Shown here in pieces: positions 14,561 through 17,542 of a stretch of 17,542 nucleotides of DNA. Origin of the DNA: a virus. Location of the stretch: IMG/VR virus record IMGVR_UViG_3300045988_108697. One strand, written 5' to 3'. Position numbers and translations under genes: made by a program. Position 1 is the stretch's first letter. The number at the start of each line of letters is the position of its first letter. Below the pieces are notes generated by a model. The model was not told the DNA's origin, made no database searches, and was given only the letters and a program-made list of their open reading frames with translations.

Positions 14561-14689
14561 TTTTCCAACCTCCTTAATAGCTGGTTTTCGTTGGTATTCC
14601 GCCGTTTTTCTGAATTTTTTTATCCGGTTCGAGAGAGTGAAAAAGTGGGCGCGGGGTCTTTTGGCCGGCCGTTCGCTTAAAAAACAGGT
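14561..14689. promoter_or_regulatory. AT-rich intergenic region; candidate cos/terminase recognition site (also carries the terS SD)
   Basis: This is the most AT-rich intergenic segment of the late operon. Minus-strand A-tracts are ggataaaaaaattcagaaaaacgg and ctgttttttaagcg. It also has a GGCCGGCC palindrome and a GC block gaccccgcgccc, and it sits between HNH and terS. Confidence 0.4.
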
Positions 14690-15415
14690 TCACCATTCCG
14701 GCCTTGAAGCCACAGTGACGCGATCACTGCGAAGCCCAAGGCGTGCGAGCGTGGCCCGGCGTTCACGTTGCCTTGCGTCCACCAAAGCTTGTGAGATGTG
14801 CAAGCCGTACCATTGGCGCACCAACCGCTTGGCCTGCTCGGTCTCGGCCCGCTCCCACTCCACCTCGAAGCCGGGATCTATCACCCGCACGTCGTAGTCA
14901 AGGCTTATCCACTCGTCAAGCATCCTAGGGTGTCGCTTGCTGCTTGGCATGGTGCGGATCATCCACACGTCAATAGGCTCCTGCGTGATGGCGAACTGGC
15001 GATAGGCTGCGGACCACGCCATGGCAACCGCCCGCCGCTGCGCCATGCTGGGCGACTCCGGTAGGCGCATGGCCCGGGCCAACGCCGGCCACGACACAAC
15101 CGGGTCGCCTTGCTGCCTGTGAGCCTCCACCCATTCCACGGCCTCACGGTCGCAGGAACCGGGCGGCGTGACCACGATATGCAAGCGCGCCCCATAACCG
15201 TAAAGCACGCGGTCCTGGCGGCTGGCGTTGCAATGCTTGCACGCGCGTCGGATGTTCGCCACGGTGTCCATGCCGCCATGCGCGTAAGGCACTATGTGGT
15301 CGTCTTCCTCGCCCACACCGGTGCAACCCGGCAGCCTGAGCCAACAAGCGTTGCCCCACGTCTCGATCACCTTGGCCCGCACAAGCGGGTCGATGGTCTG
15401 CCTGCGCGCCATCAC
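14690..15415 (-). CDS. HNH endonuclease fused to a roughly 165-aa C-terminal domain with a degenerate P-loop-like motif (241 aa)
   Basis: HNH motif: CWLRLPGC...DHIVPYAHGGMDTVANIRRACKHCN. Then ARLHIVVTPPGSCDRE (Walker-A-like but lacking GK[ST]) and later DVWMIRT / DVRVIDPG strands. Start is GTG 15415 or ATG 15412, overlapping the upstream stop. Confidence 0.85.
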   Translation of the reverse strand: MMARRQTIDPLVRAKVIETWGNACWLRLPGCTGVGEEDDHIVPYAHGGMDTVANIRRACKHCNASRQDRVLYGYGARLHIVVTPPGSCDREAVEWVEAHRQQGDPVVSWPALARAMRLPESPSMAQRRAVAMAWSAAYRQFAITQEPIDVWMIRTMPSSKRHPRMLDEWISLDYDVRVIDPGFEVEWERAETEQAKRLVRQWYGLHISQALVDARQRERRATLARLGLRSDRVTVASRPEW

Positions 15416-15606
15416 CTGCCACGCTTCCTAGCCCGCACCCACATGTCGAGATCGGCCAGCTCATACAAGCACGGGGAGTTGATGGCGTCGCTCGCCTTAA
15501 ACCATTCCGGCCCGCGATTATCGGCCCTCATACGCTCCATCGTCCTAGGGGAGACGCCAAGATAGATAGCAGCCTGTTCAGTGGTCAGTTTCGCGCGCGG
15601 GTTCAC
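15412..15606 (-). CDS. Excisionase/MerR-family HTH DNA-binding protein (64 aa from GTG 15606; the track gives TTG 15621)
   Basis: LTTEQAAIYLGVSPRTMERMRADNRGPEW is a typical Xis/AlpA-type HTH. GTG 15606 forms a GTGA overlap with the upstream stop. Confidence 0.7.
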   Translation of the reverse strand: MNPRAKLTTEQAAIYLGVSPRTMERMRADNRGPEWFKASDAINSPCLYELADLDMWVRARKRGR

Positions 15607-15944
15607 AGTAGACCAACCCAAGCCTTGAGCGATGTCAACAACTCGGCACGGTCGAACATCTGCGCACTTCCGCGCCTCTCGGGCTTGCCCAAGATGCCGT
15701 CGCTGATAAGCTGCTGCATCACATGGTCGCCGCTAGGGTCGGCCGTCGGCGCGATCTTGTTCAGTCGAAGCATACTGATGGCAAGGGAACGCGCAATAGT
15801 GTCCGTTCCAACAGTGTCATGCTCCAATTGCCTGATATTCCATCGAATGGCGTTCTTGATGTCCTTCGTGCGCTGGGCCTTGCTCTTCGGCACCGTCCTC
15901 TTGGCACGTCGGCGTGTTGGCTTGTAATCAACCGAATAACCCAT
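15603..15944 (-). CDS. Hypothetical protein with a strongly basic N-terminus (113 aa)
   Basis: MGYSVDYKPTRRRAKRTVPKSKAQRTKDIKNAIRW... SD GAGG lies 8 nt upstream. It is the first gene downstream of the DnaA-box repeats. Confidence 0.7.
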   Translation of the reverse strand: MGYSVDYKPTRRRAKRTVPKSKAQRTKDIKNAIRWNIRQLEHDTVGTDTIARSLAISMLRLNKIAPTADPSGDHVMQQLISDGILGKPERRGSAQMFDRAELLTSLKAWVGLL

Positions 15945-15973
15945 GTCTCGAACCTCGTTTCATATTGTGAGTA

Positions 15974-16029
15974 AGTGGGTAAGAACTGTGGATAAGAACT
16001 GTGGATAAGTGGATAAGAATTGTGGATGA
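15974..16029 (-). promoter_or_regulatory. Cluster of five co-oriented DnaA-box-like 9-mers / 13-bp iterons; candidate origin or operator array
   Basis: Plus-strand TGTGGATAA (reverse complement of TTATCCACA) is perfect at 15987-15995 and 16000-16008. Near matches are AGTGGATAA 16008-16016 and TGTGGATGA 16021-16029 (8/9 each) and AGTGGGTAA 15974-15982 (7/9). Repeat unit is GTGGATAAGAACT. Confidence 0.7.
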
Positions 16030-16417
16030 TGTGCCCTTCGGGTGGTGGGGCGTTAGAGCGGGGAACCCAGCTCGGAAAACACAAGATTGCTCAAGTGTTT
16101 TCCGGGTTAGGGTTCGCCATGCAAGGTTGCTTCGTAACGGAGCCGCGCCGTCGCATAGGTCAGCGGCCGAAGCCGCGCGCAAGGTCTCGCCGCACAGCCC
16201 GGCACGCATGCCGGCGATGGTCCCCAGTTGCGCCCGAACAAGACGCCGTGAAGCGATCTGTGTACACCCGCATAGCTCCCCGCTGGGGCCGTGGTAACCG
16301 CCCGGCATTCCGGGCGTGTTTGTAACGCGCTGGGCAAGGCGCGGCCGGGTGCTTTATCACGCCTCACCAGCAACCGACCTTCGGCTGGGTCAAGGGCTAT
16401 GAAGTTATCGGATGCCG
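16030..16417. other. GC-rich non-coding block of about 390 nt with several stable hairpins; candidate structured RNA and/or origin region
   Basis: No ORF has protein-like composition or an RBS. Hairpins: 16073-16104 (10-bp stem CGGAAAACAC/GTGTTTTCCG), 16163-16176 (GCGGC-CGAA-GCCGC; UUCG loop on minus), 16199-16214 (CCGGCA-CGCA-TGCCGG), and 16299-16316 (CGCCCGG-CATT-CCGGGCG followed by TGTTTGT on plus). Confidence 0.45.
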
Positions 16418-16534
16418 TTAGTTGTCGTCGTTGAGGAAATCATCCAGAAGGACGATCGAGAGCACCAGCCCCAGCATGAACAACACGAAGGGGCTGAGCA
16501 GAATCAGAAGAACGAACTTGATGAAACGTTTCAC
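16418..16534 (-). CDS. 38-aa single-TM hydrophobic peptide (below the ORF-track cutoff)
   Basis: GTG 16534 is preceded by SD GAGGAGGA at 6 nt. Translation: (M)KRFIKFVLLILLSPFVLFMLGLVLSIVLLDDFLNDDN, stop TAA 16420-16418. Confidence 0.6.
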   Translation of the reverse strand: MKRFIKFVLLILLSPFVLFMLGLVLSIVLLDDFLNDDN

Positions 16535-16536
16535 GG

Positions 16537-16695
16537 TCAATCCTCCTCGTTGAAGCAGCGGTCGATCTGTTTCTCAAGATCGTCAAGCTCGTAACCGTTG
16601 AACGGGACGCGCACGGTGACTTCTGCCGTCTCAACGATCAGCTCGTAAAAACGCTGACTGCTTTTCCTGTCCACACGTTTGACTGTGACGCTCAT
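16537..16695 (-). CDS. 52-aa hypothetical early protein (below the ORF-track cutoff)
   Basis: ATG 16695 overlaps the upstream stop (ATGA 16692-16695). Translation: MSVTVKRVDRKSSQRFYELIVETAEVTVRVPFNGYELDDLEKQIDRCFNEED. Confidence 0.6.
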   Translation of the reverse strand: MSVTVKRVDRKSSQRFYELIVETAEVTVRVPFNGYELDDLEKQIDRCFNEED

Positions 16696-16928
16696 TCCTG
16701 GGCTCCTTCCCATTCACGACGGGCACGCCTCGCGTGCGTCATCGCCTGGTTGATCGCGCCCTTCATCGCCTGAAGGTCGCCCATGTCCAAGCCATCGAAC
16801 CCGAACGTGCTTCCGGCCACCTTGATGCGGCAGGCGAAGCGGTAGGGATTGCCGCCGGTGCATTCCGACGGGTCGATGTCCTGCACCTGGAAGTAATTGC
16901 TGGTGCATTCCGGATTGAAAACGCTCAT
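16692..16928 (-). CDS. Hypothetical early protein (78 aa)
   Basis: ATG 16928 overlaps the stop of the HTH gene (ATGA 16925-16928). Composition is protein-like. No motif recognised. Confidence 0.65.
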   Translation of the reverse strand: MSVFNPECTSNYFQVQDIDPSECTGGNPYRFACRIKVAGSTFGFDGLDMGDLQAMKGAINQAMTHARRARREWEGAQE

Positions 16929-17239
16929 TTCACCTCCAACGGAGCTCGCCCAAGGAGCACATCGGCGCTGACATGCAAGAGTTCGGCAAGCTCGTTTATC
17001 TCATTCACACTGAAAGCGATTCGGCCAGTGCATTTCTGCGAGACCGTGGACCGTGCGCAGTGCAATGTTTCAGCGACTTCCGCCTGTGTCAGGCCATTGA
17101 GCCCCATAAGGCGTTTGACCTTTTCACCTACAGTTGGTAAATCTATTAAAATGTTTGTCACACTTACATCTAACCACGAATGTAGTTGGGCCTGCTCGTT
17201 CGGCGTGTCGTGTTCTATCTTTTTGTTAGTTTCGGTCAT
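16925..17239 (-). CDS. Cro/C1-type HTH protein heading the lytic-strand operon (cro-like, 104 aa)
   Basis: VGEKVKRLMGLNGLTQAEVAETLHCARSTVSQKCTGRIAFSVNEINELAELL is an XRE-family HTH. It is divergent from the repressor candidate. Confidence 0.85.
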   Translation of the reverse strand: MTETNKKIEHDTPNEQAQLHSWLDVSVTNILIDLPTVGEKVKRLMGLNGLTQAEVAETLHCARSTVSQKCTGRIAFSVNEINELAELLHVSADVLLGRAPLEVK

Positions 17240-17263
17240 AGCACATAAGTTTACTTATGTGCT
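17240..17263. promoter_or_regulatory. Perfect 11-2-11 palindrome filling the entire gap between the divergent start codons; candidate operator with overlapping promoters
   Basis: AGCACATAAGT-TT-ACTTATGTGCT. Adding the flanking CAT/ATG start codons extends the symmetry to 14-2-14 (17237-17266). Confidence 0.8.
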
Positions 17264-17542
17264 ATGACAACAGCAACAATCAGCCCTAAGGTCGCAGCTC
17301 AGGCCGAATCTGTCAGTTTGCAGGATATAGTCACGCGAAATATGAAAGTGGCCATGACTCTTCGCAATGTCAAGCAAAAGGATCTGGCGAACGCTCTTGG
17401 CGTCGATAGGTCTTCGATTTCACAGAAGATGACTAGGCGAGTGGCATGGAGCCTTGAAGATATAGAAAAAGCCTCGGACTTCTTTCATGTGAAGCCCGAG
17501 GCGTTGGTAGCGGGGCATGGATTTGAACCATGGACCTCTGGG
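17264..17542 (+). CDS. Cro/C1-type HTH repressor candidate, 5' part (residues 1-93). It runs off the window end and continues at 120-188.
   Basis: ATG at 17264. Translation: MTTATISPKVAAQAESVSLQDIVTRNMKVAMTLRNVKQKDLANALGVDRSSISQKMTRRVAWSLEDIEKASDFFHVKPEALVAGHGFEPWTSG. HTH signature is QKDLANALGVDRSSISQKM. It is co-oriented with int and divergent from the lytic operon. It is absent from the ORF track because no stop occurs before the window end. Confidence 0.85.
   Translation, partial: MTTATISPKVAAQAESVSLQDIVTRNMKVAMTLRNVKQKDLANALGVDRSSISQKMTRRVAWSLEDIEKASDFFHVKPEALVAGHGFEPWTSG
17424..17542. repeat. Direct terminal repeat, copy 2 (exact match to 1-119)
   Basis: Same 119-nt string as the window start. 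Position 17542 corresponds to position 119. Confidence 0.95.

Noticed and set aside
15974-16029. The repeat array as a possible mini-CRISPR
   Set aside because: - The units are 8-13 bp and directly abutting.
- There are no spacers and no cas genes.
- The motif equals the DnaA box.
16299-16323. GC hairpin followed by TGTTTGT as a confident intrinsic terminator
   Set aside because: - It is oriented for the plus strand, where no gene or mapped promoter lies upstream.
- The U-tract is short and interrupted.
- I keep it only as part of the structured-block observation.
15928-16373. Five overlapping track ORFs (66-126 aa, both strands) in the non-coding block
   Set aside because: - They overlap one another and have Arg/Ala/Pro/Cys-rich improbable sequences.
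- They have no SD.
- One runs through the DnaA-box array and into the start of the next gene.
- I treat them as non-coding.

Overview
The window holds one complete copy of a very small temperate siphovirus or prophage: a 17,423-bp unit plus an exact 119-bp terminal repeat. It is high-GC, which suggests an actinobacterial-type host (a guess).

Plus strand:
- A Cro/C1-type repressor ORF starts at 17264 and reads through the repeat junction to a stop at 186-188.
- A tyrosine integrase follows at 205-1035.
- A tRNA 3'-end-like attP core (82-119) lies inside the repressor ORF.

Minus strand: one long operon in which nine gene pairs share 4-nt ATGA/GTGA start-stop overlaps. In transcription order it contains:
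- a second HTH protein (cro-like) and three tiny ORFs;
- about 450 bp of non-coding DNA with five DnaA-box-like repeats;
- a basic 113-aa protein, an Xis/MerR-like HTH protein and an HNH endonuclease;
- an AT-rich putative cos region, then TerS, TerL and portal;
- a fused prohead protease-major capsid gene and Ig-like/jelly-roll decoration ORFs;
- connector and neck proteins, major tail protein, a gp10-like protein, G/GT chaperones and tape measure;
- a minor tail protein, an SGNH-esterase tail fibre, and a lysis cassette (membrane protein, amidase, holin-like protein).

No recognisable replication gene is present.

Most notable observations:
1. attP is embedded in the repressor ORF, and the tail that integration would remove ends in LAA. 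This matches the integration-dependent-immunity layout.
2. After the capsid gene, four ORFs each sit in the -1 frame of the previous one. The junctions are a CCCAAAA slip site, a Big_2 domain split by an ATGA overlap, and a poly-G tract.
3. A DnaA-box cluster plus a structured non-coding block is the only candidate origin.
4. A 24-bp perfect palindrome fills the whole gap between the two divergent switch genes.

All functional calls come from motif recognition by eye. No database search was possible.
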